A stretch of 64,000 bases of DNA from Candidatus Anstonellales archaeon (GTDB taxonomy: Archaea > Micrarchaeota > Micrarchaeia > Anstonellales > J096). Under the pieces are notes generated by a model. That model saw only the letters and a program-made list of their open reading frames with translations, made no database searches and had not been told where the DNA came from. The stretch covers positions 160,001 through 224,000 of the forward strand of contig JAWAFD010000002.1 of assembly GCA_038890745.1 (NCBI GenBank). Direction: 5' to 3'. Shown here piece after piece: positions 17,940-28,103 of the stretch; within the stretch, counting starts at the first letter, position 1; every line of letters starts with the position of its first letter. Position numbers and translations under genes: made by a program.

Positions 17940-18479
17940 ATGCCAGAAGCCGGAAAGGAGTGCGAGTTATACCGGCTAATTGTTATGCGGTATAAGGAGC
18001 TAATAGAAAAAAGCGAGGATAAAACGATAACTGAAGTACGTGCTATGATTTCGCCGTACAATGAATTTATACAGAAAAAGAAAGCTGAACTTCTTTCAGA
18101 TTTCCCTTCGTATGATCCAGAAAAGGACTTTTTCTCAATTGCGCAGAAAGCAATAGAATACATAAAAGGTATAGAAAATATAGAAATGCCGGTGAAATTC
18201 TGGTTGAGTTTTGAGGAGTTGGATAGGCTTAGGGCCGGTAATGTTTACAACCAATCCATCCTTCTTGCATCCCTTTTCCGCGCTCTTGATGGAAAGGATG
18301 TTCTTGTGTACGCAACAGAAAAAGGGAATTTCTATGTTGGCTTTTCCTGGCAGGGATTAAGGTATGCCGTCAACCCGGAAAACGGAGCGATGTTCATAGG
18401 TGAGGATGTCTCAAAACTTTTTCAGGAAGACAGGCCGATGTATGCATTTTCTGATTTGGTTTTTGAATCATTTGATTAA
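17940..18479 (+). CDS. Transglutaminase-like fold protein, probably inactive
   Basis: FWLSFEEL...AGNVYNQSILLASLFRAL aligns with W..P.E.L...GDCED.A.LL.SL.RA but has no Cys. Confidence 0.55.
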   Translation: MPEAGKECELYRLIVMRYKELIEKSEDKTITEVRAMISPYNEFIQKKKAELLSDFPSYDPEKDFFSIAQKAIEYIKGIENIEMPVKFWLSFEELDRLRAGNVYNQSILLASLFRALDGKDVLVYATEKGNFYVGFSWQGLRYAVNPENGAMFIGEDVSKLFQEDRPMYAFSDLVFESFD

Positions 18480-18901
18480 AGATCTGAAAATATCTCTTCG
18501 GGCTCTTTTCTGAATTTTATTCCTTTATCGATTATGATATCTTTCCTTTTTACCGCCCTCTCAAATACTTTTTTGTATTTCTCGAAATTGTTTTTTCCTA
18601 CTAGTACAACGCCATCCTTTAAGCATTCCCAAACAATCGGGTTGTACTGCTTGAGTAAGGATTCAAATTCTTTTGTGGTGTAGCAAATCGGCTCGATAGA
18701 AGTTTTTCCCTTCCAAAAGTCCATTACAGAAGCTATTCTTTCAAAGAAATTCTGCCCAAAATCATCCGAAACGAAGAGAATGTCATAATCGCTTGAGATA
18801 AGATTGTCCCCCCTTGCCCTAGACCCAAACAAAACAGCAAAATTCAGTTTATATTTTTTATCAACTTTGTTTACGAACTCTATAATTTTTCTTTCGACCA
18901 T
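18476..18901 (-). CDS. Minimal nucleotidyltransferase (MNT)
   Basis: LFGSRARGDNLISSDYDIL. Confidence 0.9.
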   Translation of the reverse strand: MVERKIIEFVNKVDKKYKLNFAVLFGSRARGDNLISSDYDILFVSDDFGQNFFERIASVMDFWKGKTSIEPICYTTKEFESLLKQYNPIVWECLKDGVVLVGKNNFEKYKKVFERAVKRKDIIIDKGIKFRKEPEEIFSDL

Positions 18902-19257
18902 TCAAGCACCTTTTTTGCTTTTTTCAACAAATTTTTTGCGGTTTCTTCTGTGTATATCTCAAAGGGTGCCCCTCCGATCGCATCCGGGTAGCGGGATGTT
19001 ATGTAATGCGGGGTTAGGTCTCTGCATGCAAGCGATATATCCAATGGCGCATTCAATAGTTCAGCATACTCGCGGAGGTTGTGGGTCTTTGGAGGCATCT
19101 CTTTTAGTTTTTCGTATGCAACTGCTTTGAGTGCTTTTTCAGCAACCTGATGGGAAAGGAAAGAAACAAGGTCATATGCCTCCTCCTTCAAAAGTTTTTC
19201 AGCATTATGTAAATCAACCTCGGCCTGCTTTATCAGGTATTCGCTCTCCTTTCTCAT
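18880..19257 (-). CDS. HEPN domain protein (COG2250-type)
   Basis: AEVDLHNA, HQVAEKALKA, THNL, YITSRYPD motifs; overlaps MNT. Confidence 0.9.
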   Translation of the reverse strand: MRKESEYLIKQAEVDLHNAEKLLKEEAYDLVSFLSHQVAEKALKAVAYEKLKEMPPKTHNLREYAELLNAPLDISLACRDLTPHYITSRYPDAIGGAPFEIYTEETAKNLLKKAKKVLEWSKEKL

Positions 19258-19308
19258 ACTCCTTTTTCACAAAAAACAAATATAAACTTTTCCTTCGAAT
19301 TTTTGGTG

Positions 19309-20871
19309 ATGAAAAGCCTACCTCTTTTCTTGATCGGCTTTATGTTTCTTCTCCCCTCCCTGTCTGCTCAGGTTATTACAGAAGGCGGAAATGTAACAGA
19401 GGTTAATCTGAATGTTACAGAATTCCCCACGAGCCGATGGGCTGGGATTGTTGGGTGGATGAACCATTCCGCAACCCCTAATCCTGACCTTTCCATATAT
19501 GATATAAACATCCCATCATCCGGTATATACACCGCCTGGCCAGAGGGAAACTACTATGACATGCCCCTCATTGTTACACGGCTTTCTGTGAAACCAGACC
19601 CCGCGTATTTTCAAACTCCGGTTCTGAGCGATTTTCTTGAATACGGGATGTTCTGGAACTTTACTGTTTTTAACGGGTGGAGCTTTTCCATCGCAGACAG
19701 CCCGAACGCAACCCTCTGCAACCCATGTACGTATACAACATGCGAAATCCTATACCTCTCAATCCCGTGCGTATACATAAACCTTGCGCAGGATTTTCAG
19801 ATGAAGGTTTTGAAATTTAGCAATGGAACGGATGTTGAGCCAATATTCATATGCAACATCTCAAACGGAACCGGTTACAATGGAACGGTTTATGAGTTTG
19901 AGTACCTTGTTCCTGCAAAAGAGGTTTACTCATTCTACATCTATCCGCAGGAATGCAACATCACTGTTTACATAGATGGTGTGCAGACAACCGTTTTCCC
20001 AAATACAGCTAATGTTTATGACCTCCGTGCGGTTGTAAGGCACAGAAACCTTTCAATTGCCCAGAACGCAACCGTTTATTTGGTTGAAGAGAACGGGAGG
20101 AACATTCTCCTCCCCATCCTCGGTTTAGGAAAAGAATACAAAGAGGTCTCTGCGATGAAAACAAACTCAACCGGAGAGGTTAGGTACGCGGCAGCACCAA
20201 CAAGATACAACATTCCAGATTCCTATGGCTACCGAATCTATCTTCTCTCCCTAGACCCCTACTGCATCCAAAACCTCTCGATTGCCGATTACTCCTCAAT
20301 CTCTCCCCGCTACCGTTCTTCCCTCATAGACAATTCCTACTCCAGCCAAGTAAAAAGCTCTGTTCAGAATATGAACGCGCTTGCCTCCACAACAACAAAA
20401 TGGATAACCCAGCAGAAAACAAAGGAGCATTACATAAACGCAACAACCTCTGGCTATGCAAATACAAGCACCCTAAAAGTTGGTGCGCCGAACAAAATAA
20501 ACATAACCCTCCGCGATGGAGGAAATATTGTAGAAGGCGAGCTTAGGATAAGCGATAGCGATGGTTACATAATTGTTGCCCCCCTCCAGCCAGAGAAAAT
20601 TTTCTACTCAAACAACGCAACCTTCTCAACATACGAAGAGTTCACCATCATCCCTACACGCTACAACAATAACGCAAATTTCACGATAAAAGTTTTTTAC
20701 AACTACATGAATGTTGCAAATGTTACATTCACATACGATGAGCTTCTTGAAGACCCGCAGCCATCAGACCCTACCATGGACCCAGCAACCCACTCCGCTT
20801 TTTCAGCCGGCATCCAGAACATAAACATCGTTCTTATAAACATGGGACGGAGCATCTCAACCGTTCCATGA
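19309..20871 (+). CDS. Secreted surface protein: N-terminal TEGGNVT-type domain plus two repeated beta domains
   Basis: Signal peptide; ITEGGNVTEVNL..TSRWAG and YEFEYLVP..YSFYI match the 31018 protein; duplicated E/DxxG...P...PTRYN domain. Confidence 0.8.
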   Translation: MKSLPLFLIGFMFLLPSLSAQVITEGGNVTEVNLNVTEFPTSRWAGIVGWMNHSATPNPDLSIYDINIPSSGIYTAWPEGNYYDMPLIVTRLSVKPDPAYFQTPVLSDFLEYGMFWNFTVFNGWSFSIADSPNATLCNPCTYTTCEILYLSIPCVYINLAQDFQMKVLKFSNGTDVEPIFICNISNGTGYNGTVYEFEYLVPAKEVYSFYIYPQECNITVYIDGVQTTVFPNTANVYDLRAVVRHRNLSIAQNATVYLVEENGRNILLPILGLGKEYKEVSAMKTNSTGEVRYAAAPTRYNIPDSYGYRIYLLSLDPYCIQNLSIADYSSISPRYRSSLIDNSYSSQVKSSVQNMNALASTTTKWITQQKTKEHYINATTSGYANTSTLKVGAPNKINITLRDGGNIVEGELRISDSDGYIIVAPLQPEKIFYSNNATFSTYEEFTIIPTRYNNNANFTIKVFYNYMNVANVTFTYDELLEDPQPSDPTMDPATHSAFSAGIQNINIVLINMGRSISTVP

Positions 20872-20884
20872 GCAAGGTGATAAA

Positions 20885-22630
20885 ATGAAAAAATTAATTT
20901 TGTTTTTTGTTTTTCTTCTAATCACAGCCACCGCGTCTTCAAAATATTATCTTTTAGACGGTGCGGACCTTACATACACAATAAATAATGATGGAACAGT
21001 CCATGTTACAGAAAGAATAACGTATGAGCTTAATGGATGTTTCAAAGAGTTGTATCTGGAAAAACCAACCGACCTTATAATTACAAACGCGCGCGGGTAC
21101 TGCGAAAATGCGAAATGCACATTCAGAATAGATGAGCCAAGTGTCTCTATTTCCGGCTACAGAGAGCTGATTCTTTCGCTGGATTCCGGCGGATGCGACA
21201 ACAGGGTAACCGCTGTTTTTGATTACGATATCTATGCCATAAAAATTTACAAAGACACTGCTCAGTTTTACTATAAACTTTGGGGCGACCATTGGGATTC
21301 TCCAACCCCTCTAATCGCAACAATAAACCTTCCAGGACCCACCGCCCAAACAAAATATTTCGTTCATTCTTTTTCGGATTACGGTGTGGATTCCGCAGGA
21401 AGTTCTATTCAAATCTCTGCGTATCAACCCGCAAATCAATACCTTGAAATAAACCTTCTCATGCCATTGGAATGGTTTGAAGACCGCGAAAGCAGTATCT
21501 ACTACCATGATTACAAACATTCAAAATCAGATATACTAAAAATAGAGGAACAGCAAATGAATGAGCAGAAATTCTGGAAATCCATTGCTTGTTTTGTCTT
21601 TTTCTTTTCCATTCTACTTGTGCTCGTTCCGTTTTTCACCTTCCCACTCCTTTACTATTTTTTCGGAACAGAGTACTCACCGGAGCAGGTTGGGTATTCT
21701 GGGGAGTATGAGCGCGAGCCTCCCTCTCCCAATCCACCAGCAGAAGCACCGTTTTTTATAGAAGCCCAATTCTCTTCAGCATCCCTGCCCGCAACCATCA
21801 TGCACCTGATTTACAAAGGATATTTGGATATTATAGAAGATAAGACAAAAAACGATATTCTTCTTGTTCCTGGCAAAGGAAAAGGCGAACTTAAAGAGTA
21901 CGAGAAATCCCTTCTTGATTACATGCTATCAAAGATGGAAAACAAAAAGCTCAGCATGAAAAAGTTCCGCGATAGCGTTACCTCTTCCTATGCTTTTTAC
22001 GCATGGTTTGAAAAATGGAAGAGCAATGTTGAGAGAACCGTTGATATTGAAAAATACGCCGAGTACAAAGGGTATAACATTGCGAAATGGGTTTTCGGTA
22101 CATTTATTTTAATAGATATAGTTATTTTCTTTATTTCCACTTTCGTCCTTTCATCAAATCCGTTTGCGGTTGAAGCATCCATATTCCTTTCTTTTGGAGC
22201 AATGTTTGGTGGTATAGTATCATTCTTACTTGCTGCCGTCGCCGGAGGAAAGAAAATATGGTTTGGAAGATGGAAAAAGGAAGGAAGAGTTCTTAATCTG
22301 AAATGGAGCAATTTCAAAAAATATCTTAGCGATTTCACGCTGCTTAAAGAGCATCCTCCGAGTTCGGTTAAACTATGGGACTATTACATGAGCTATGCTG
22401 TTGCTTTTGGTGTTGCTGAAAAAACGCTTAAAGCAATGAAGGTTTCTGTTCCAGAAAGAGAGCTTCGCACGAGCCGGCTCTATCCACTCTACCATCAACC
22501 GGTTTATTTCAGCACCATGAGAAGCTCTTTCATACCTTCCTACTCCCCTCCCTCCCGCTCCTCAGGTGGATATGGAAGCATAGGTGGGTTTGGGGGAGGT
22601 TTTGGTGGCGGAGGCGGTGGTGCGCGGTAA
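20885..22630 (+). CDS. DUF2207 (YciQ-like) membrane protein
   Basis: INNDGTVHVTERITY, YEREPPS, LWDYYMSYAVAFGVA, Gly-rich tail GGGGGAR. Confidence 0.88.
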   Translation: MKKLILFFVFLLITATASSKYYLLDGADLTYTINNDGTVHVTERITYELNGCFKELYLEKPTDLIITNARGYCENAKCTFRIDEPSVSISGYRELILSLDSGGCDNRVTAVFDYDIYAIKIYKDTAQFYYKLWGDHWDSPTPLIATINLPGPTAQTKYFVHSFSDYGVDSAGSSIQISAYQPANQYLEINLLMPLEWFEDRESSIYYHDYKHSKSDILKIEEQQMNEQKFWKSIACFVFFFSILLVLVPFFTFPLLYYFFGTEYSPEQVGYSGEYEREPPSPNPPAEAPFFIEAQFSSASLPATIMHLIYKGYLDIIEDKTKNDILLVPGKGKGELKEYEKSLLDYMLSKMENKKLSMKKFRDSVTSSYAFYAWFEKWKSNVERTVDIEKYAEYKGYNIAKWVFGTFILIDIVIFFISTFVLSSNPFAVEASIFLSFGAMFGGIVSFLLAAVAGGKKIWFGRWKKEGRVLNLKWSNFKKYLSDFTLLKEHPPSSVKLWDYYMSYAVAFGVAEKTLKAMKVSVPERELRTSRLYPLYHQPVYFSTMRSSFIPSYSPPSRSSGGYGSIGGFGGGFGGGGGGAR

Positions 22631-22685
22631 GCGAAAGGTTTAAATCCATTTCTTTTCAATTCCCGCTAGAAATGGGGGAGAAAAT

Positions 22686-23057
22686 ATGATGAAGAAAGTA
22701 CAGTCGTTTGGACCTTTAGCATACATTGTGGGATTGGTGATAGCAATAATTGCAGGAGTAGTGCCTCTTGGTGCGAACCTTGTTGTGTGGGTAAGCCTGC
22801 TGCTTGGTTTGATCGGTATCTTTGTCGGACTGATGAACATAAGGGACAAAGAAGTGCTTCTGTTCCTTGTTGCGGCAATAGCGTTCATGATATCAGCATC
22901 GAGCCTTGCTTCAGTATTCTCAACACTTGGCGCTCAGTTCGGTGTAGACTTCCTCGGGCAAGCGATATCCCAGATACTCGCAAATGTTGTTGTGCTTACA
23001 GCACCGGCAGCAGCAGTCGTTGCGATAAAGGCACTCTACGACATTTCGAGAGAATAA
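22686..23057 (+). CDS. Small 4-TM membrane protein
   Basis: Four hydrophobic helices, GLMNIRDKE loop; own TATA-like box and T-rich terminator. Confidence 0.8.
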   Translation: MMKKVQSFGPLAYIVGLVIAIIAGVVPLGANLVVWVSLLLGLIGIFVGLMNIRDKEVLLFLVAAIAFMISASSLASVFSTLGAQFGVDFLGQAISQILANVVVLTAPAAAVVAIKALYDISRE

Positions 23058-23154
23058 TCTCCAATCCGTTTGTTTTTCTTTTTTATTTTGATCTCTTTTT
23101 CTTTTCAAAAAACAAAAACCAATTTTTATAAACTTTCCCTTCAAATTGTTAGCG

Positions 23155-24840
23155 ATGAAAAGATTGATCTTGCTTTTGTTTCTCTCATCCATAGTTTTTT
23201 CTGCTTATGGAAATATAGTTGACAATTCAAACATAATCCGCAATGTTACCTCTTCAATCTCATACAAGGTTTATGCTGATACATTTGGCGTTAACCCTGA
23301 TTTTGCGCTCATGCTCTGTGGGGCAAGCGGGTATGCGGGTGCTGTGTATTCCGCGAATGTTTCGGGCGCTCCTGTTTACATAACCATAAGCAAAAACCTG
23401 AGTGCAGGGGCAAACTCAACACTAGTCTACACCTCTCAAAATGTTAACTCAACATGCAACCGCACACCGGTTGATCAGTTTGCATTTTCTCAGTTTCAAG
23501 ACATCACCCGAACCCCAAGGGTGTATGTTTCTGCCTTTCCCGGCAGAATTCACATTCTTTACTCTTCAAGCGTAGATGGCTCAAACCCTGAATTTGCAAA
23601 GGTTAATTATTCAAACGGCTGGCTGAAGGGCGACTACTCTGTTACAAGAATTTTTGATGAGAACATCGCCCGAGTAAACGCAACGGTGAGTACGATTACT
23701 TTTGAAACAGATATGGGAACAATTACTCAGAGCGCAAGCGACCCGGAGTGGGGTCTAAACTCCTCAACCGGAAGGAGCATGTTGATTGCTTTGTGCGAGG
23801 ATGACTACGGTGATGTGTGCAGCGATGCAGTGGTAATAAACTCTTCCTCTCAATTCCCAGCACGCTTAAACCTCAACCAGCCCATAGGGGATACCTCTCA
23901 CTATGACAGATATGTTGTTGTGGATGGCTTAGGCTATCCCATATGCATCGGTGCAGACCTTTATGTTTCCATCTCCACCCCAGGCTCTCTTGGATATGGA
24001 GAATCCGGAAATGTAAGTATTACGATTACAAACATCGGAAATGTCCGGGTTACAACAGATTTCGTGATCAACCTTTCTGTTTCAGGGCCCGGAGGGCACT
24101 ACAATTATACCGAATGGACAATTACAGAAACCCTACTTCCAGGCCAGAGCACAACAAGAAACTATACTTTCTTTGCAACCGGCCAGAGTGGAACATATAC
24201 ATTTAGAACTTTTGTTGATACGACGAATGTAATAAGCGAGTGCAACGAAGGGAACAACAACGCAACCGGGACAATTACCGTTGTTCCGAGAAGAGTTCTT
24301 CATGTTAAAATAGATGACAACGAAACATACTATTTCCCTCAATGGGGATATCCTTACAATGTAACCATGTGGGTTACGGACAGCGACAACAACACCCTTA
24401 CCGGATTAACCTTCAAAATTACAGAAACAAACGGCTTAAATCCATTTGTCCCAACTCAACTCTGGAACAGCTCCGGAACAGTGGTTGGGCTTAAGAGCTA
24501 TTCCATAGGGGAATTCGGTTCAAACTCTTCTGGTTATGCCATGTTCACAATCATCCCAACCTGCAACAAGCTCTACACAACCTACATAAGCGAAAATGTG
24601 GATGTTTATGTAGGCAACTATTCCATTACTGTGAATGTATACCAAGGCGGCTCTCCTGTTCCGCTCTATTTCAACGGCTCAACAGTGTATGACCACCCAC
24701 TCTTTGTTTCAAACACCTCGTGCTCTGTTCCTCCATGGACAAACAACAAGGAGCTGGTGAATAAAGACAGGTACGTTCTTCCAATATACGACTGGCTGTA
24801 TGAAGTTTATTCAATAATGAAAAGAATAGCAAACCCGTGA
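23155..24840 (+). CDS. Secreted CARDB-domain surface protein
   Basis: Signal peptide; ADL...ITNIGN...VDTTNVISECNEGNN CARDB motif; C-terminal domain paralogous to the 19309 protein. Confidence 0.82.
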   Translation: MKRLILLLFLSSIVFSAYGNIVDNSNIIRNVTSSISYKVYADTFGVNPDFALMLCGASGYAGAVYSANVSGAPVYITISKNLSAGANSTLVYTSQNVNSTCNRTPVDQFAFSQFQDITRTPRVYVSAFPGRIHILYSSSVDGSNPEFAKVNYSNGWLKGDYSVTRIFDENIARVNATVSTITFETDMGTITQSASDPEWGLNSSTGRSMLIALCEDDYGDVCSDAVVINSSSQFPARLNLNQPIGDTSHYDRYVVVDGLGYPICIGADLYVSISTPGSLGYGESGNVSITITNIGNVRVTTDFVINLSVSGPGGHYNYTEWTITETLLPGQSTTRNYTFFATGQSGTYTFRTFVDTTNVISECNEGNNNATGTITVVPRRVLHVKIDDNETYYFPQWGYPYNVTMWVTDSDNNTLTGLTFKITETNGLNPFVPTQLWNSSGTVVGLKSYSIGEFGSNSSGYAMFTIIPTCNKLYTTYISENVDVYVGNYSITVNVYQGGSPVPLYFNGSTVYDHPLFVSNTSCSVPPWTNNKELVNKDRYVLPIYDWLYEVYSIMKRIANP

Positions 24841-24844
24841 TAGG

Positions 24845-26719
24845 ATGAAAAAAATTTTTATCCTTGCCTTGCTTTTCTGCCTTACTTTTGCCCAGTACTA
24901 CCAAGTCTATCTTGTTCTTGAGAATGAAACCATCCACTCCCTTGTTTATGATAACCCATCATTTTCTTATGCAGATAACTCCATGGAAAACCCGAACATC
25001 TATGTCCGCGTTTGCGCCCTTAATGCGAGCGAGCTTCAGAACAAATGGGTCGCGCTTGTTTACGCAGACGGAACAAACGGCCAGTACATTGAAATAGACA
25101 ACGGGCCCGTGCAAATAACCTCTGTTCCTCCAAGCTTGTGCGTTAATCTAGATGTGGACATTTCTTCTTTCAAAGCATGGTACCCATCCATCCCATTTGT
25201 GATAATTGCAGATAACAAAGCCCTTACCTCCTCGCCTACTCGATGGAAGCTTTCCCAATCTCGCGGATGGCTTGTTGGCAATTATACCATGAACGCAACC
25301 AGAATAGGAAATACTGTTTATGTTAATGTTACCGGCGCTGTTGATGATTCTTTTGCAACCTACATTGTTCCTGTTGTTGACTATCTTGTTGTTGGGACCG
25401 TTCAGAGCGATGGACTTACAACAACAGATACAAAAATAGTTAGGTTCAACCAAACAGCAACCCTTTCGCTCGGGGCTTACACAGGGAATTACACAATAAT
25501 GATAAACGGGATAGGAGGAGAATTTCCACCTTATGTAAGAATAATTTCCCCACAGCCAACAACCTACCCACCCGGCGATATTCCTTTTATTTTTACAATA
25601 ATAGAATTCGAGCCTTTGGATTCCTGCTGGTATGTTTTAGATAGCCGCGCCTACACCCTTCCTGATTGCCATGCTTCCTACATCCTTTCCGGCCTTTCTG
25701 CCGGCTCCCATTCCCTTTGCCTGTATGCAAACGACACCTCGAACAGGATAGGAAGCGACTGCGTTTCCTTCTCAATCTCAGCTCCTCCTCCTCCTCCACC
25801 ACCAGGTCCAGGAGGAATCGGAAAGCCACCCAAGCCACCTCCTCCACCCATCCCTCCTGCACCAACATTCAGAATAATTCCTGAGGAGCTTTTCCTCTAC
25901 CTTGAGCTCATCTATCCTTATGAAGCTTCGGACACTTTCTCCCTTTGCGCCGATTATGCTCTCTCCAATATTGAATGCGAAATTTCCGGTCCATACGCAG
26001 AGTATTACTCCGTGGAACTCTCATCACATTCCCTTAACAACTCCTGCATTAATGGGACTGTTTCTGTAAAATTTCCAGTTTCGATTGCGCTTGATATTGA
26101 TGAAAACGAAAACCTCCTATACTGCTATGCACAGTACGACAGCATTTCCTCTCTTGTTGCAAAGGGAAATGTGTATACTATTGTTCTAAAACCAGAGCTT
26201 GAATCCACAAACCTCTCATACTCTCTTTACATAGGTCAGGAGATAAACGCAACCCTCCCCATCACAAACATAGGAAAGGCAAACGCAACAAACATCACGG
26301 TTGAAACCTCTCCAAAATATGAAGAGTGGCTTGGTGCCTACACGATAGGGAATATAGGGGTTGGAGAAACCCATTTCCTCTCCATCCATATTAAAGTTCC
26401 AGATGACGCCCAGCCAGGAAAATACAGAATTCCGATTACTATTTCTGCAGAGAACGCGCGCGCAAAAACATATTATATAGAAATAACAGTAAAGCCAAAA
26501 CCAGAGCTTATTACTTGCGCATTTGATTTCAATCTTCTCGCTACTATCTGGCCATTAATCCTAGCAATGCTCCAGCCCATTGCTGTTTTTGAGTATTACC
26601 GGGAAGATAAAAAATGGAAGGAAAAATCCCTCCGCCTCTCCTCCCTGAATGCCCTCATCCTTCTCATTGTTTGGCTGGTTATTTTCTACTTCATTGCCTC
26701 AAAATGCCTCCCTCTCTAA
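24845..26719 (+). CDS. Membrane-anchored surface protein (Ig-like domains, poly-Pro linker, C-terminal TMs)
   Basis: Signal peptide; GSHSLCLYANDTS Ig motif; PPPPPPPGPGG linker; VPDDAQPGKY; two C-terminal hydrophobic helices. Confidence 0.82.
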   Translation: MKKIFILALLFCLTFAQYYQVYLVLENETIHSLVYDNPSFSYADNSMENPNIYVRVCALNASELQNKWVALVYADGTNGQYIEIDNGPVQITSVPPSLCVNLDVDISSFKAWYPSIPFVIIADNKALTSSPTRWKLSQSRGWLVGNYTMNATRIGNTVYVNVTGAVDDSFATYIVPVVDYLVVGTVQSDGLTTTDTKIVRFNQTATLSLGAYTGNYTIMINGIGGEFPPYVRIISPQPTTYPPGDIPFIFTIIEFEPLDSCWYVLDSRAYTLPDCHASYILSGLSAGSHSLCLYANDTSNRIGSDCVSFSISAPPPPPPPGPGGIGKPPKPPPPPIPPAPTFRIIPEELFLYLELIYPYEASDTFSLCADYALSNIECEISGPYAEYYSVELSSHSLNNSCINGTVSVKFPVSIALDIDENENLLYCYAQYDSISSLVAKGNVYTIVLKPELESTNLSYSLYIGQEINATLPITNIGKANATNITVETSPKYEEWLGAYTIGNIGVGETHFLSIHIKVPDDAQPGKYRIPITISAENARAKTYYIEITVKPKPELITCAFDFNLLATIWPLILAMLQPIAVFEYYREDKKWKEKSLRLSSLNALILLIVWLVIFYFIASKCLPL

Positions 26720-26770
26720 AGTTCTGCTAAAAGGGAAAGATTTTTATATTTTTTTCCCTATTAATTGTAC

Positions 26771-28069
26771 ATGAATTTTGAGGAGGTGAAGGAGTATCTT
26801 CTGGATTTTCAGAAAAGAGAAATGCCTGAGATGGTGGAGAGAGAGCTTAGGGTCGATGGTTCCGGAAGGATAGTTTCAATAATAGGACCAAGAAGGGCCG
26901 GTAAAACATTTTTTATGTACCAGAAAATGAAGGAGCTTATAAATTCCGGAAAGAAAAAAAGCTCCATACTTTACCTAAACTTTGAAGACCCGCGGCTTGT
27001 TGGAGTGAGTTTCAAAGACATCAAAGAGATAGTTAAATTACACTGGCAGCTTTATCCGGATTCGACGAATGAGCAATTATACATTTTTGTAGATGAACCG
27101 CAAAATGTTGAAGGATGGGAGGTTGCAGTAAGGGGGCTGCATGATGATGGTTTTGTTGTTTTTCTGAGCGGCTCAAGTTCTAAACTATTAAGCAGAGAAA
27201 TAGCAACCTCTCTACGCGGCCGGACGATCTCTTATACTCTCCTCCCATTTTCTTTTAGAGAGTTTATGAGAATGAAAAAAGTTTCTTTTGATACCAGTAG
27301 ACTTGGCTCTAAAGAAAAGGCACTGCTAAATTCCCTCTTCGAGGAATATGTCGTGTTTGGCGGGTTTCCTGAGGTTATAAAAGCAGAAAAGAAAGAAGAA
27401 AAGGAAAGAGTACTGAGCGAATACTTCGATCTGGTTGTTTACCGCGATATTGTTGAACGATACAAGGTGAAAAACACCGCGCTCGTTAAATGGTTGATAA
27501 AGTCAACTCTTTCTTCTTTTTCAAAGGAGCTTAGTATCCATAAACTTTATCTCAATTTGAGATCTCAGGGGCTAAGCTTAAGCAAGAATACGCTGTATTC
27601 ATATTTTTCGATGCTTGTAGACTCTCTTTTTGTTTTTCCAGTTTTCAGGTTTTCTTATTCAATAAGAAAAAGAGAGCTTTCTAAAGCAAAGGTTTATGCA
27701 TGCGATGTTGGGTTCACAAAGCTTGTTGAGATCTCTCCAGAAAGAGGAAGGAAAATGGAGAATATTGTTTTCTTGGAACTTATGCGAAGAAAAAAACCTT
27801 TGGAAGAGATTTTTTATTGGAAAAATCCTCAGAATAAAGAAGTCGATTTTGTCGTTAGAGAAGGAAGTAGGACAAAAAAACTCATTCAGGTTTGTTCTAA
27901 CATTAGTGATATGGAAGTGAAAAAAAGAGAGGTGGGTGCTTTAATAAAGGCATCTGAAGAGTTGAGATGCAGTGATCTATCCATCATAACCGATAGATAT
28001 ACAGGGCAAGAGAGAGTAAAAAGAAAAAAAATAAGTTTTGTTTCCCTGCCGGAGTGGTTGCTTTCATAG
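26771..28069 (+). CDS. AAA+ ATPase, AAA_14 plus DUF4143 (COG1373 family)
   Basis: GPRRAGKT, FVDEPQ, SGSSSKLL, FGGFPE, EVDFVV. Confidence 0.92.
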   Translation: MNFEEVKEYLLDFQKREMPEMVERELRVDGSGRIVSIIGPRRAGKTFFMYQKMKELINSGKKKSSILYLNFEDPRLVGVSFKDIKEIVKLHWQLYPDSTNEQLYIFVDEPQNVEGWEVAVRGLHDDGFVVFLSGSSSKLLSREIATSLRGRTISYTLLPFSFREFMRMKKVSFDTSRLGSKEKALLNSLFEEYVVFGGFPEVIKAEKKEEKERVLSEYFDLVVYRDIVERYKVKNTALVKWLIKSTLSSFSKELSIHKLYLNLRSQGLSLSKNTLYSYFSMLVDSLFVFPVFRFSYSIRKRELSKAKVYACDVGFTKLVEISPERGRKMENIVFLELMRRKKPLEEIFYWKNPQNKEVDFVVREGSRTKKLIQVCSNISDMEVKKREVGALIKASEELRCSDLSIITDRYTGQERVKRKKISFVSLPEWLLS

Positions 28070-28103
28070 TTAATCTTTTAAACAGTTCTGTACATACTTG
28101 GTT

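Noticed and set aside
26720..28100. Direct-repeat bracket around the third ATPase
   Set aside because: Only 7-bp matches (AGTTCTG, TGTACAT) and a short AGGGAAA/TTTCCCT inversion at the promoter; no long repeat
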